This document shows positions 39,249 to 48,191 of a stretch of 64,000 nt of DNA, piece after piece. Below the pieces are notes generated by a model that was not told where the DNA came from, searched no databases, and was given only the letters and a program-made list of their open reading frames with translations. A program made the position numbers and the translations under genes. Source of the stretch: Fidelibacterota bacterium (GTDB taxonomy: Bacteria; Fidelibacterota; Fidelibacteria; Fidelibacterales; DSDE01); assembly GCA_046735395.1 (NCBI GenBank), contig JBJKQR010000012.1, positions 96,001 to 160,000 on the forward strand. The letters are read 5' to 3'. Each line of letters starts with the position of its first letter. The first letter of the stretch is position 1.

Positions 39249-41051
39249 ATGGTGAAAATGAACAAGATACAATATTGGATCGGGAGTCTGCTGCTGCCCC
39301 TGTGTCTCGTTTCTGTCCAGCTTCATGCTGAAGAATTCGTCTGTCTGGACTGTCATGACGATTTTACGGCCGGATCGGTGCACGACAAGGTTGTAAGCTG
39401 CCAGAGCTGCCATGAGGATGTGGTGGATGAATCGCATATGGATAATGGCGCAGCCCGCGTGGATTGCGGCATGTGCCACTACAACCAGTCTGTCTTGTCA
39501 AAATCCAGTATGCATTATCATCTGGGTGATGCCGGTCCCAGTTGTTCAGACTGTCACGGTACCCACCAGATCATCTACCGGAGTTACTCAAATTCACGGA
39601 TCAGCAATCTGATGGTTCCGGAGACCTGCGGGCAGTGTCATCCGGATGAAGTGGAAGCCTACAAGCAAAGTATTCACTGGAATGAAGCCAAACGCGGTAT
39701 CAAGGAAGCGCCGGTATGTAACGATTGCCATATCGCTCATAATTTCAAACCGGATGATGATCCGAATGCGCTGGTGGACATGAAGAAATTTCAGGAGGAA
39801 ACCTGTATCCGCTGCCATGAAGATCCGGTAATCCGTAAGAAATACCTGATGGTGGAGGATCAGGCCTATTCCTATCAGGATTCATATCACGGTCTTGCCG
39901 TGATGCGCGGGGACAAGAAAGCCGCGTACTGCGTCGATTGTCATAATGTTCACAAGATACTGCGTCAGGACCATCCCGAATCCTCCGTCAATCCTGAACG
40001 CATCGTCAACACCTGCGGGAAGTGTCATCACGATGCCACGGTTGCCTTCGCCAATTCCTATACGCATCAGGATTACAGCAGCGAAGCGTCCACCATTACC
40101 TACTGGGTGAAGAAGATTTACATCTGGCTTATTCTCGTCGTCATCGGCGGCATGATCGCTCACAACCTGCTCATCACGGTCAGTCATCTGGCACGGGAAC
40201 GGCGCCGGACACAGGCGAAACAGATCCCCATTCCGCGCTTTACATCCAATGAGGTGGTTCAGCACTGGCTGCTGCTGACGTCGTTCATCATCCTGGCCAT
40301 CACCGGATTCATGCTCAGGATGCCCGACAGCTGGTGGGCCATCGGGCTGACAAAACTGGGTATCAGTGAAACAATCCGGCAGTGGATACACCGGGTTTCA
40401 GCTGTAGTCATGCTGATAACCGGATTCTACCATGTATTTTATCTCCTTGTGACGAATCGCGGCCGGGACGTACTCGTTTCCCTGTTTCCGGGAATCTCGG
40501 ATATTTCCGGCGTGTTCGGAAATTTGGCCTATTACCTGGGACTGCGCTCCGAAAAGCCTGAATTTGATCAGTACGATTATGCCGAAAAAGCGGAATACTG
40601 GGCGCTGATCTGGGGAACGCTGGTCATGGGCGTGACCGGATTCGTTCTCTGGTTCCCGACGCTGTTCGGCAGCATGGGGCCGGTCTGGCTGGTGAAGGTG
40701 TCCGAGATAATTCATTATTACGAAGCCATCCTGGCTACCCTGGCCATTATCGTCTGGCACTGGTTTTTCGTGCTCTTCAATCCGGAAACGAAAATGAGCT
40801 TTGCCTGGCTGGATGGGAATGTATCGCTTCATGATTATGAACATCACCATCTGCGCCGCTTCAAATATGTTCTGCTTGAATGGCAGCGCTACAGGAAGGG
40901 CCGTATCGATGTTCATGATTTCAAGCCCTACACGACGCTGGTCATTGATACGCTGAAGAAGCACAAATATGATCCGGATGAAGTATTTACCAGAGTTCTG
41001 GAAGAAAAGCCGGAGCTCCGGGCCTGGATTGAGGCGAATCTTGACCGCTGA
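39249..41051 (+). CDS. Nonaheme cytochrome c fused to FdnI/HydC-type cytochrome b (CbcL-like)
   Basis: Signal peptide and nine CxxCH motifs. The membrane domain has QH, IHR, YH, IHYYEA and WHW histidines and FDQYDYAEKAEYWALIWG. Confidence 0.85.
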   Translation: MVKMNKIQYWIGSLLLPLCLVSVQLHAEEFVCLDCHDDFTAGSVHDKVVSCQSCHEDVVDESHMDNGAARVDCGMCHYNQSVLSKSSMHYHLGDAGPSCSDCHGTHQIIYRSYSNSRISNLMVPETCGQCHPDEVEAYKQSIHWNEAKRGIKEAPVCNDCHIAHNFKPDDDPNALVDMKKFQEETCIRCHEDPVIRKKYLMVEDQAYSYQDSYHGLAVMRGDKKAAYCVDCHNVHKILRQDHPESSVNPERIVNTCGKCHHDATVAFANSYTHQDYSSEASTITYWVKKIYIWLILVVIGGMIAHNLLITVSHLARERRRTQAKQIPIPRFTSNEVVQHWLLLTSFIILAITGFMLRMPDSWWAIGLTKLGISETIRQWIHRVSAVVMLITGFYHVFYLLVTNRGRDVLVSLFPGISDISGVFGNLAYYLGLRSEKPEFDQYDYAEKAEYWALIWGTLVMGVTGFVLWFPTLFGSMGPVWLVKVSEIIHYYEAILATLAIIVWHWFFVLFNPETKMSFAWLDGNVSLHDYEHHHLRRFKYVLLEWQRYRKGRIDVHDFKPYTTLVIDTLKKHKYDPDEVFTRVLEEKPELRAWIEANLDR

Positions 41052-41075
41052 TTTTCCGGGATAAAATGATTAAGC

Positions 41076-41106
41076 AGGGGTGGAGCAAAACTCCGCCCCT
41101 TTTTTC
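41076..41106 (+). terminator. Intrinsic terminator
   Basis: AGGGGTGGAG-CAAAA-CTCCGCCCCT followed by a T-run. Confidence 0.8.
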
Positions 41107-41202
41107 AAATCTCTGAAAGTAAGACTTTGGTTTTTCCCCTGTTTTAAATAAATTTCGCCATTATGATTTTAAGTTTGGTCATCAATCGATGAGGAGGAAC
41201 TA

Positions 41203-41571
41203 ATGGGATACTTGACCAGGAACGTGGCCAGTACGCTGGGATGGTACCTGCAGCGTGTATCGGCAATTCTGATTTCCGTCGGATTGCTTGTACATTTCTG
41301 GGTACTGCATTTCACAATGACTCGGCCTGTTACATTTGAAAAAGTTCAGGAAAGACTTCTGTCTCCGGGATGGGTCACTTTTGACCTGATACTGCTTGCT
41401 GCTGTGATCTATCATGGACTCAACGGCCTGTGGAATATCCTGACAGACTATAATCCTTCACCCGCACTCAGAAAATTCTATGGTTGGCTGATCGTTGCCA
41501 TAGGACTGCTTCTGGTGTATTTCGGCTATGTGATTCTCATGCCTTTTGCCACGGCGGGAGGTGTCAGATGA
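41203..41571 (+). CDS. sdhD: Succinate dehydrogenase/fumarate reductase hydrophobic anchor
   Basis: WYLQRVSA, LLVHF and IYHGLNGLWNILTDY; three TM helices. Confidence 0.85.
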   Translation: MGYLTRNVASTLGWYLQRVSAILISVGLLVHFWVLHFTMTRPVTFEKVQERLLSPGWVTFDLILLAAVIYHGLNGLWNILTDYNPSPALRKFYGWLIVAIGLLLVYFGYVILMPFATAGGVR

Positions 41572-41966
41572 AAACGAATACGCTGAAAGAATGGAAGCTT
41601 AATTTTAACTGGGGCATGCTGGCCTTCATCATGCATCGCGTGACCGGCCTGGCACTCGTGCTCTATCTGATTCTGCATGTCTACAGCCTGAGCCATGTGC
41701 TGAATGGTGTGGATACCTTTGATCATTTCATGAAGGGATACGATTCCAGCATCGGACATGTCATCGAATTCCTGCTGCTGCTGGCTGTGCTGTGGCATCT
41801 GTTCAACGGACTGCGGATCACGATTACGGATTTTCTCCGTTTCACGCATCAGCAGAAGCGGCTCATTATCTGGGTGTTTGTCATTTCCGCTGTGATTGCC
41901 ATTCTGTCCATCACTCACTTCATTCCGGAAATTAAACCCCTGCTCGGACTGGGAGGCGCATTATGA
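41568..41966 (+). CDS. sdhC: Succinate dehydrogenase cytochrome b subunit
   Basis: MHRVTGL, LILHV and WHLFNGLRI. ATGA overlap with the upstream gene, GGAGG RBS. Confidence 0.85.
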   Translation: MKTNTLKEWKLNFNWGMLAFIMHRVTGLALVLYLILHVYSLSHVLNGVDTFDHFMKGYDSSIGHVIEFLLLLAVLWHLFNGLRITITDFLRFTHQQKRLIIWVFVISAVIAILSITHFIPEIKPLLGLGGAL

Positions 41967-43693
41967 AATATCATCAAGTACTCGTCGTAGGAGCCGGGAA
42001 TTCCGGCCTCCGGGCAGCCATCGAGCTGAACAGAAACAATATCAAGGTCGGCGTTCTGACCAAGGTTCATCCGGTCCGCTCCCACAGTATTGCCGCCCAG
42101 GGCGGTATCAACGGCGCTCTGAAAAATCATCCGCGCGGTATTTATGACAGCGCCGAGCTGCATGCATTCGATACGGTGAAGGGCAGCGATTACCTGGCCG
42201 ATCAGAAAGCCGCACTGCGGATGACGACGGAAGCTCCGGAACGGATTTACGAACTGGAACACTGGGGCTGTCCCTTCAGCCGGACTCCCGAGGGAAAGAT
42301 CGCTCAGCGTCCCTTCGGCGGCGCCGGGTTCCCGAGAACTGCCTTCTCATCCGATAAGACAGGCCATGTCATTCTGCATACGCTCTATGAACAGGCCGTG
42401 AAGTATGAACAGGGTTCGGAACGGGCCGAAATGGTCATTTATGACGAATGGTTCGTCACCCGCCTCATCGTGGAAGACAATGTCGCCCGCGGAGTGGTCG
42501 CCATGGATCTGACCACCGGCGAGCTGGAAGTGTTCAAGGCCGATGCGGTCATCTGGGCCACTGGTGGCGCCGGACGCATGTGGGGAAAAACCTCCAATGC
42601 CTATATCAATACCGGCTGGGGTATGGCCGTTCCCTTCTACGAAGGAATCGGCATGAAGGATATGGAATTCATCCAGTTCCATCCCACCGAACTTTTTACC
42701 AATAATGTACTCATCACCGAAGGCGCCCGCGGTGAGGGCGGTTTTCTCCGCAACAGCACCGGCGAACGTTTTCTCGCCAATTACGATGATTCGGCCAAGG
42801 CCATGGAAGTGGCTCCCCGGGATATCGTTGCCCGGAATATGCAGCGGGAAATCCTGGCCGGACGCGGCGTGAACGGAAAATACATCAGCCTGGATCTGAC
42901 CCATCTCGGGAAAAAGAAGATTCTGGAACGTCTGCCCGGTATCCGTATGCATGCCATCCATTTTGCCGGTGTCGATCCCATTGACAAACCCATCCCTGTC
43001 GCACCCGGACAGCACTATACGATGGGAGGCCTGGATGTGGATATTGATGGCGCATCCCCGAAAATCAAAGGTTTCTTCGCTGCCGGTGAAGCTGCCTGCG
43101 TATCGGTTCACGGTGCCAACCGTCTCGGCGGAAACTCCCTGCTGGAAACGGTGGTCTACGGAAAAATTGCCGGTGAAGCCGCATCCAAATATGTGAAGGA
43201 CGGCGGCAGCCCTGCCGGGAATCCCGAAATCTTCAGCAAGGCTCTCCATGAAGAGGACAGCAAGATTTCCGACCTGCTCAACTCCGGCGGCAAGGAAAAT
43301 CACAACACGCTGAAGAAGATCCTCAACGAGACCATGAACGAAAAGGTCGGTATCTTCCGTGAAGCCAAACAGCTGGCGGAAGCCCTCGAAGTGGTGCTTG
43401 AGCTCAAGGATCGCTACAAGGACATCAAGCTGGGAAGCAGCGGCCGCAAGGCAAATTTCGACCTGCTCTGGGCTATTCAGCTGAAGGGCAGCATCGATAT
43501 CGCCGAAACGGTGGTCAAAGGTGCTCTGAACCGCGAGGAAAGCCGCGGTGCACAGTTCAGAACCGACTTCCCCACCCGGGATGACAAACGCTTCCTGAAG
43601 CATACTGTCGCCACCTGGAACGGGAAAACAGCCGACCTGAACTATACAGATGTGGACATCTCGCTGTTTGAACCCAAAGAACGTAAATATTAA
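41963..43693 (+). CDS. sdhA: Succinate dehydrogenase/fumarate reductase flavoprotein
   Basis: VVGAG, RSHSIAAQGG, QFHPT, TEGARGEG, HYTMGG, HGANRLGGNSL and REESRGA. Confidence 0.96.
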   Translation: MKYHQVLVVGAGNSGLRAAIELNRNNIKVGVLTKVHPVRSHSIAAQGGINGALKNHPRGIYDSAELHAFDTVKGSDYLADQKAALRMTTEAPERIYELEHWGCPFSRTPEGKIAQRPFGGAGFPRTAFSSDKTGHVILHTLYEQAVKYEQGSERAEMVIYDEWFVTRLIVEDNVARGVVAMDLTTGELEVFKADAVIWATGGAGRMWGKTSNAYINTGWGMAVPFYEGIGMKDMEFIQFHPTELFTNNVLITEGARGEGGFLRNSTGERFLANYDDSAKAMEVAPRDIVARNMQREILAGRGVNGKYISLDLTHLGKKKILERLPGIRMHAIHFAGVDPIDKPIPVAPGQHYTMGGLDVDIDGASPKIKGFFAAGEAACVSVHGANRLGGNSLLETVVYGKIAGEAASKYVKDGGSPAGNPEIFSKALHEEDSKISDLLNSGGKENHNTLKKILNETMNEKVGIFREAKQLAEALEVVLELKDRYKDIKLGSSGRKANFDLLWAIQLKGSIDIAETVVKGALNREESRGAQFRTDFPTRDDKRFLKHTVATWNGKTADLNYTDVDISLFEPKERKY

Positions 43694-43706
43694 GGAGGGA
43701 TGAAGC

Positions 43707-44441
43707 ATGGCTCAAATCAAGAAATTCAAAGTATTCCGCTTTGATCCCGATAAAGATAAACGGCATCATTTTGATGAATTCGAAGTGCCCTTCACGCCGG
43801 GTATGACGGTTCTGGACGGAATGAATTACATTCAGGAAAATCTGGATCCCACACTGGCCTACCGTTCTTCCTGCCGCGAAGGTGTCTGCGGTTCCTGCGC
43901 AATGCACATCAACGGCAAATACGGACTCGCCTGCGAAAACCAGCTCATGGACCTGCCTGAAAAAATTACGGTCAGGCCTCTTGCTCATCTGGATATCATC
44001 CGCGATATGTATGTGGATATGGACGATTTCTGGAACAAATACAAATCCATCAAGCCCTATCTCATTCCCGGAAATCCGGATCCTGAGGAAGGGGAACGGC
44101 TCCAGTCCCAGGATGAACGCGCCCATCTGGATGTGATCATCGACTGCATTCTCTGCGGATCCTGTTACGGCGCCTGCGGTGTGAACGGATACGACTCCGA
44201 CTATCTCGGGCCGGCAGCCCTGGCCAAGGCCAACCGCTTCTACATGGACAGCCGGGACAATGCCGACGAGGAACGGCTTTCGCTGGTTGCCGGCGAACAT
44301 GGAGCACTGCGCTGCCATACCATGTTCAACTGCCAGGAAGTCTGTCCCAAAGAGATCGATCCCACGGCCAATATTGCCAATCTCAAGCGCAATCTGGTCG
44401 CGAACCAGCTCAGTCCCAAATTCACAAAGAAGGGACTCTGA
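43707..44441 (+). CDS. sdhB: Succinate dehydrogenase/fumarate reductase iron-sulfur subunit
   Basis: CREGVCGSC...C, CILCGSCYGAC and CHTMFNCQEVCP clusters. Confidence 0.96.
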   Translation: MAQIKKFKVFRFDPDKDKRHHFDEFEVPFTPGMTVLDGMNYIQENLDPTLAYRSSCREGVCGSCAMHINGKYGLACENQLMDLPEKITVRPLAHLDIIRDMYVDMDDFWNKYKSIKPYLIPGNPDPEEGERLQSQDERAHLDVIIDCILCGSCYGACGVNGYDSDYLGPAALAKANRFYMDSRDNADEERLSLVAGEHGALRCHTMFNCQEVCPKEIDPTANIANLKRNLVANQLSPKFTKKGL

Positions 44442-44476
44442 CACTGTCATATTCACACTGTCGGATATAAAATCAG

Positions 44477-44501
44477 AAGGGGGTCAATCGGCCCCCTTTT
44501 T
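44477..44501 (+). terminator. Intrinsic terminator after sdhB
   Basis: AAGGGGGTC-AATC-GGCCCCCTTTTT. Confidence 0.8.
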
Positions 44502-44649
44502 ACTATGAGGACGAAATCCGAATCCCGTTATGACACAAATCAGCAATCATGAAGTGTAATCCCGTTGAATAAGGCCTATTTTTTTATTTTAATGATTTGG
44601 AAACACATGATTAGTGCTTAATTTTTCAGGGTAGAGGACCGGAGCGTAT

Positions 44650-45126
44650 ATGCAGACAAGGCCTAATTGGGATGAATATTTTCTGGAGATTGCCAGGGTG
44701 GTGGCCAAACGGTCATCCTGTCTCCGCAGACAGGTGGGCGCCGTGATTGTACGGAACAAGGATATTATCTCGACCGGTTACAATGGTGCGCCGGCTCATC
44801 AGAAAAACAGCCTGGAATACGGATTCTGTTACCGGGAAGTGAATAACATTCCGTCCGGGACCCGTCTCGAACTCTGCCGGGCAGTCGGCTCACATGCCGA
44901 ATCCAATGCCATTGTACTGGCTGCCCGCAACGGACACGCCACAGCGGATTCGACCCTCTATGTCTACGGACATCAGTTTGTCTGCAATCAGTGCAAGGCC
45001 ATGATCGCCAATGCGCTGATCCGTCGCGTGGTACTTCAGAGACCGGACGGAAGCACGGAGGAATCTGTGCCGGAACAGGACTGGACCATTCATCCTGTCG
45101 ATTCGCCCGATCCCGGTCAGTTCTGA
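44650..45126 (+). CDS. dCMP deaminase/ComEB family
   Basis: RPNWDEYF, RSSCLRRQVGA, TGYNG, HAESNA and CNQC. Confidence 0.88.
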   Translation: MQTRPNWDEYFLEIARVVAKRSSCLRRQVGAVIVRNKDIISTGYNGAPAHQKNSLEYGFCYREVNNIPSGTRLELCRAVGSHAESNAIVLAARNGHATADSTLYVYGHQFVCNQCKAMIANALIRRVVLQRPDGSTEESVPEQDWTIHPVDSPDPGQF

Positions 45127-45169
45127 TCAAGACGGACGCCCACGGGTCCGAATATTTATAAGGATAAGC

Positions 45170-46081
45170 ATGAGTGAACACCCGCTGCTGCAGTGCCGGA
45201 ACCTGAGCAAGAGCTTTGGTCCGCTGAAGGTGCTGGATGGTGTCTCATTATCCGTATTTCCGGGAGATATTTTCGGATTTCTCGGGCCGAACGGAGCCGG
45301 TAAATCCACGACTATCCGAATTATTGCCGATCTGATCCGGCCCGACGAAGGTTCGGTTTCCATTCATGGCTTTGATGTCAGTCAGGATAAAATCATGGCT
45401 TTGAAAAATACCGGCATGCTTATCGAAAAACCGGCTTTTTATCCCCATCTCAGTGCCCGGCGAAATTTGAAGATGATCTGCGACCTCTTTCCGGATATTC
45501 CGCTGACCGAAATTGACCGGGTTCTGCATCTGGTTGATCTTGATTCGGCGGCGGACCGGAAGGTGCGGCATTTTTCACAGGGTATGAAACAGCGCCTCGG
45601 AATTGCGCAGGCACTCATGGGACGACCGGATCTCATTGTGCTGGATGAACCGACAAACGGGCTGGATCCGGTATCCATGCGGGATATCCGTAATCTGATG
45701 AAACGCTTTCGGGATGAGGGACACAGCATTCTCCTGTCCTCTCATCTGCTCTACGAAGTGGAACGAACCTGCAATCGAATGGCCATCATCAATGCGGGCC
45801 ATGTTGTCCGGGAAGGGAAGGTGGAAGATCTTCTGTCCGGCTCAACCATCTTCCGTACCGAATTCGTTGCTGAAAATTCTGAGCTGCTGCAATCTTTTTT
45901 AACCCATCATTTTGATGCGGAGTCCATTCAGGCCACGGCGACGGGATTTCTGGTAAAGGTTCCGCAGGGCGATATTCCCGGCCTGGCGGAGGCTGCCGTG
46001 AAGGAAGGTGTCCGCCTTCGTTCCATTATTCCCAGATCCACGCTCGAAGATTATTTTATCGAAACTCTGGAATTGTCATGA
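45170..46081 (+). CDS. ABC transporter ATP-binding protein (BcrA-like)
   Basis: GPNGAGKST, FSQGMKQRL, LDEPTNGLD and SSH. Confidence 0.93.
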   Translation: MSEHPLLQCRNLSKSFGPLKVLDGVSLSVFPGDIFGFLGPNGAGKSTTIRIIADLIRPDEGSVSIHGFDVSQDKIMALKNTGMLIEKPAFYPHLSARRNLKMICDLFPDIPLTEIDRVLHLVDLDSAADRKVRHFSQGMKQRLGIAQALMGRPDLIVLDEPTNGLDPVSMRDIRNLMKRFRDEGHSILLSSHLLYEVERTCNRMAIINAGHVVREGKVEDLLSGSTIFRTEFVAENSELLQSFLTHHFDAESIQATATGFLVKVPQGDIPGLAEAAVKEGVRLRSIIPRSTLEDYFIETLELS

Positions 46082-46914
46082 TTCTCTACAGACTATTGAA
46101 AATTGAAATATTCAAGACTTTCAGTAAATGGCGCAGTTTCATCAGCTTCATCCTGTTTGCCGTATTTATCCCCACGATCCTGATCGTAGCCCATTTCAGC
46201 GGTGGCCTGGGCGGGGAACTGCTGCCCGAAAGCCGGAAGCACTTTCTATTCAGCGGAAATCTGTACAACGGGTACTTTCTGGCTTATTTTGTTCTCAATC
46301 TGCTCTTTATTCACCTGCCCTTTCTGGTGACGGTGGCAGCCGGAGACCTGTTTGCCGGTGAAGCGACAGACGGCACCTACCGGTTTCTATTAGTGCGCTC
46401 CATTTCGCGGAAGCAGTTTTATATTTCGAAATGGCTTACAAACGCCGCCTATACCTTCTCTCTGCTTTTCTTTCTGGGTGGGCTTACTCTCATTCTCGGG
46501 CTGATTCTGGAAGGCACGGGTGATCTGATGGCCGTATCTCCCGAATTCGGCCTGGCCATTCTGGACAGACATTCGGCACTTATCAAACTCATCGAAGCCT
46601 ATGCGCTGGGGGCCCTGAATCTTCTCACGGTGAGTACGCTGGCATTGCTGCTGTCCGTTTTTGTATCCAATGCCATCGGCCCCATCATTGCCTCCATGGG
46701 AATCATCATCGTTTTTTATCTGGTTGAGCTCATTGACCTGTCCGTATTCAGAGCCATCCGCCCCTACCTGTTCACGCATTACATGGATTCCTGGCTCTCC
46801 GTGTTTTTTGACGGAAAGGAGTTGCTGCTGCCCATTGTGGTTCATCTCCTGTACATAGCTGTTTTTACTCTCATATCTTTTGTTTATTTTATCAGGAAGG
46901 AGATTAGTTCGTGA
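46078..46914 (+). CDS. ABC-2 type permease
   Basis: About six TM helices and AGEATDGTYRFLL. Translationally coupled to the ATPase. Confidence 0.85.
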   Translation: MILYRLLKIEIFKTFSKWRSFISFILFAVFIPTILIVAHFSGGLGGELLPESRKHFLFSGNLYNGYFLAYFVLNLLFIHLPFLVTVAAGDLFAGEATDGTYRFLLVRSISRKQFYISKWLTNAAYTFSLLFFLGGLTLILGLILEGTGDLMAVSPEFGLAILDRHSALIKLIEAYALGALNLLTVSTLALLLSVFVSNAIGPIIASMGIIIVFYLVELIDLSVFRAIRPYLFTHYMDSWLSVFFDGKELLLPIVVHLLYIAVFTLISFVYFIRKEISS

Positions 46915-47582
46915 TCGTATTTCTGCTGATTCTGGCCCTGTGCCTGCCGCTGCATGCCGACGATATGGCGCACTATCTGAAAAAACTTCAGGCTCATGCT
47001 GATCTGATACAGGATATTCAGGTGGATATCTCCGTGCGCAGCCGTATGCCCGGACTGACAATTCCCGACCGCAGCGCAAGCTATTATTTCAAGCGTCCCG
47101 GGAAAATGCGTCTGATGGGTGAGGATTTCACCATGGTGCCGAAAGAGGCCCTGATGATGGATTTTTCCTCCCTTGCCGATTCCCTGACCACCGTTTCCCG
47201 AATGAGGCCTGACAGCCTGGCTGGAAGCTCCCGAATTCTTCTTCTCTTCAGCAGGACCGTGGATAACCGGATTACGACCACCCGGGCCTGCATCGATACG
47301 CTGGACTGGACCGTAGAGACGCTGGATATTGACGAGGGAAAATCCTTCAGATCACACGTTACCTTTCATTATACAGATGTAAACGGAATTTCTGTGCCCG
47401 ACAGAATCAGAGCGGATGTTGAATCATCACGAATGCAGAGGCGGGTCCGCAATCCGCGGTCCGGATCCTTTCATGCGGGAGGAAGTGATTCGGAATCGGG
47501 ATATATAGAGATAAAATTCAATCATTATCGTATCAATCAGGGCCTGGATGACAAATTATTCGAGGATGGCAGCAATGACTGA
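46911..47582 (+). CDS. LolA-like periplasmic protein
   Basis: Signal peptide, YFKRPGKMR and C-terminal FNHYRINQGLDDKLF. Confidence 0.65.
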   Translation: MIVFLLILALCLPLHADDMAHYLKKLQAHADLIQDIQVDISVRSRMPGLTIPDRSASYYFKRPGKMRLMGEDFTMVPKEALMMDFSSLADSLTTVSRMRPDSLAGSSRILLLFSRTVDNRITTTRACIDTLDWTVETLDIDEGKSFRSHVTFHYTDVNGISVPDRIRADVESSRMQRRVRNPRSGSFHAGGSDSESGYIEIKFNHYRINQGLDDKLFEDGSND

Positions 47583-48171
47583 CAAGGCCGTATCCCGCCT
47601 GGCAAAGGCTATTTCCGTACTTTTCAATCCCCTGTGGATCGGGTTAATCTTTTTTATTATTCTCGTTTCAGTTATGCCCTATACCCGGAGTGAGACAAGC
47701 CTCGTTCTGGTCAGCGGTATCCTGTCCACCGTCATCCTTCCACTGGCCATCGTGGGGATGTTGGTAAAGCGGGGGCTGGCGGAAAATATGGACGTTCCGG
47801 ACCGGCGTAAGCGTCTGCTGCCCTTTGCCCTGTTCTCCATTGAATACGGGCTTTTTGCCCTGGCCAATGCCTTTCTCCACCTGCCCGTATCCTTTCAGGC
47901 AGTGATGTGGATTGTCCTGATCAATACTCTGATCTATGGACTGATCACCATCTGGTGGAAGATCAGCATTCATGCCGCGGGGATTGCCGGTTATCTGGTT
48001 TGCATCATGTATTTTACTGAAATGTGGACCTGGTGGGCACTGCTGCCGGTGGTGGCTGTGGCCTGGAGCAGGATCTATCTGAGAGCCCACACTGCCGCGC
48101 AGATCGCCATGGGAATCCTGCTCGGCACCGGGTTGACACTGTTTCAACTTCAATTCTATCTGCCGAATTAG
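47575..48171 (+). CDS. PAP2-like membrane protein
   Basis: SVLFNP, RRKRLLP, WKISIHAAG and WSRIYLRAHT. Confidence 0.7.
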   Translation: MTDKAVSRLAKAISVLFNPLWIGLIFFIILVSVMPYTRSETSLVLVSGILSTVILPLAIVGMLVKRGLAENMDVPDRRKRLLPFALFSIEYGLFALANAFLHLPVSFQAVMWIVLINTLIYGLITIWWKISIHAAGIAGYLVCIMYFTEMWTWWALLPVVAVAWSRIYLRAHTAAQIAMGILLGTGLTLFQLQFYLPN

Positions 48172-48191
48172 CCGCACATAAAGGAGTATTC

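Noticed and set aside
42347..43708. 453-aa ORF antisense to sdhA
   Set aside because: It is an antisense shadow frame with no RBS or domain signal.
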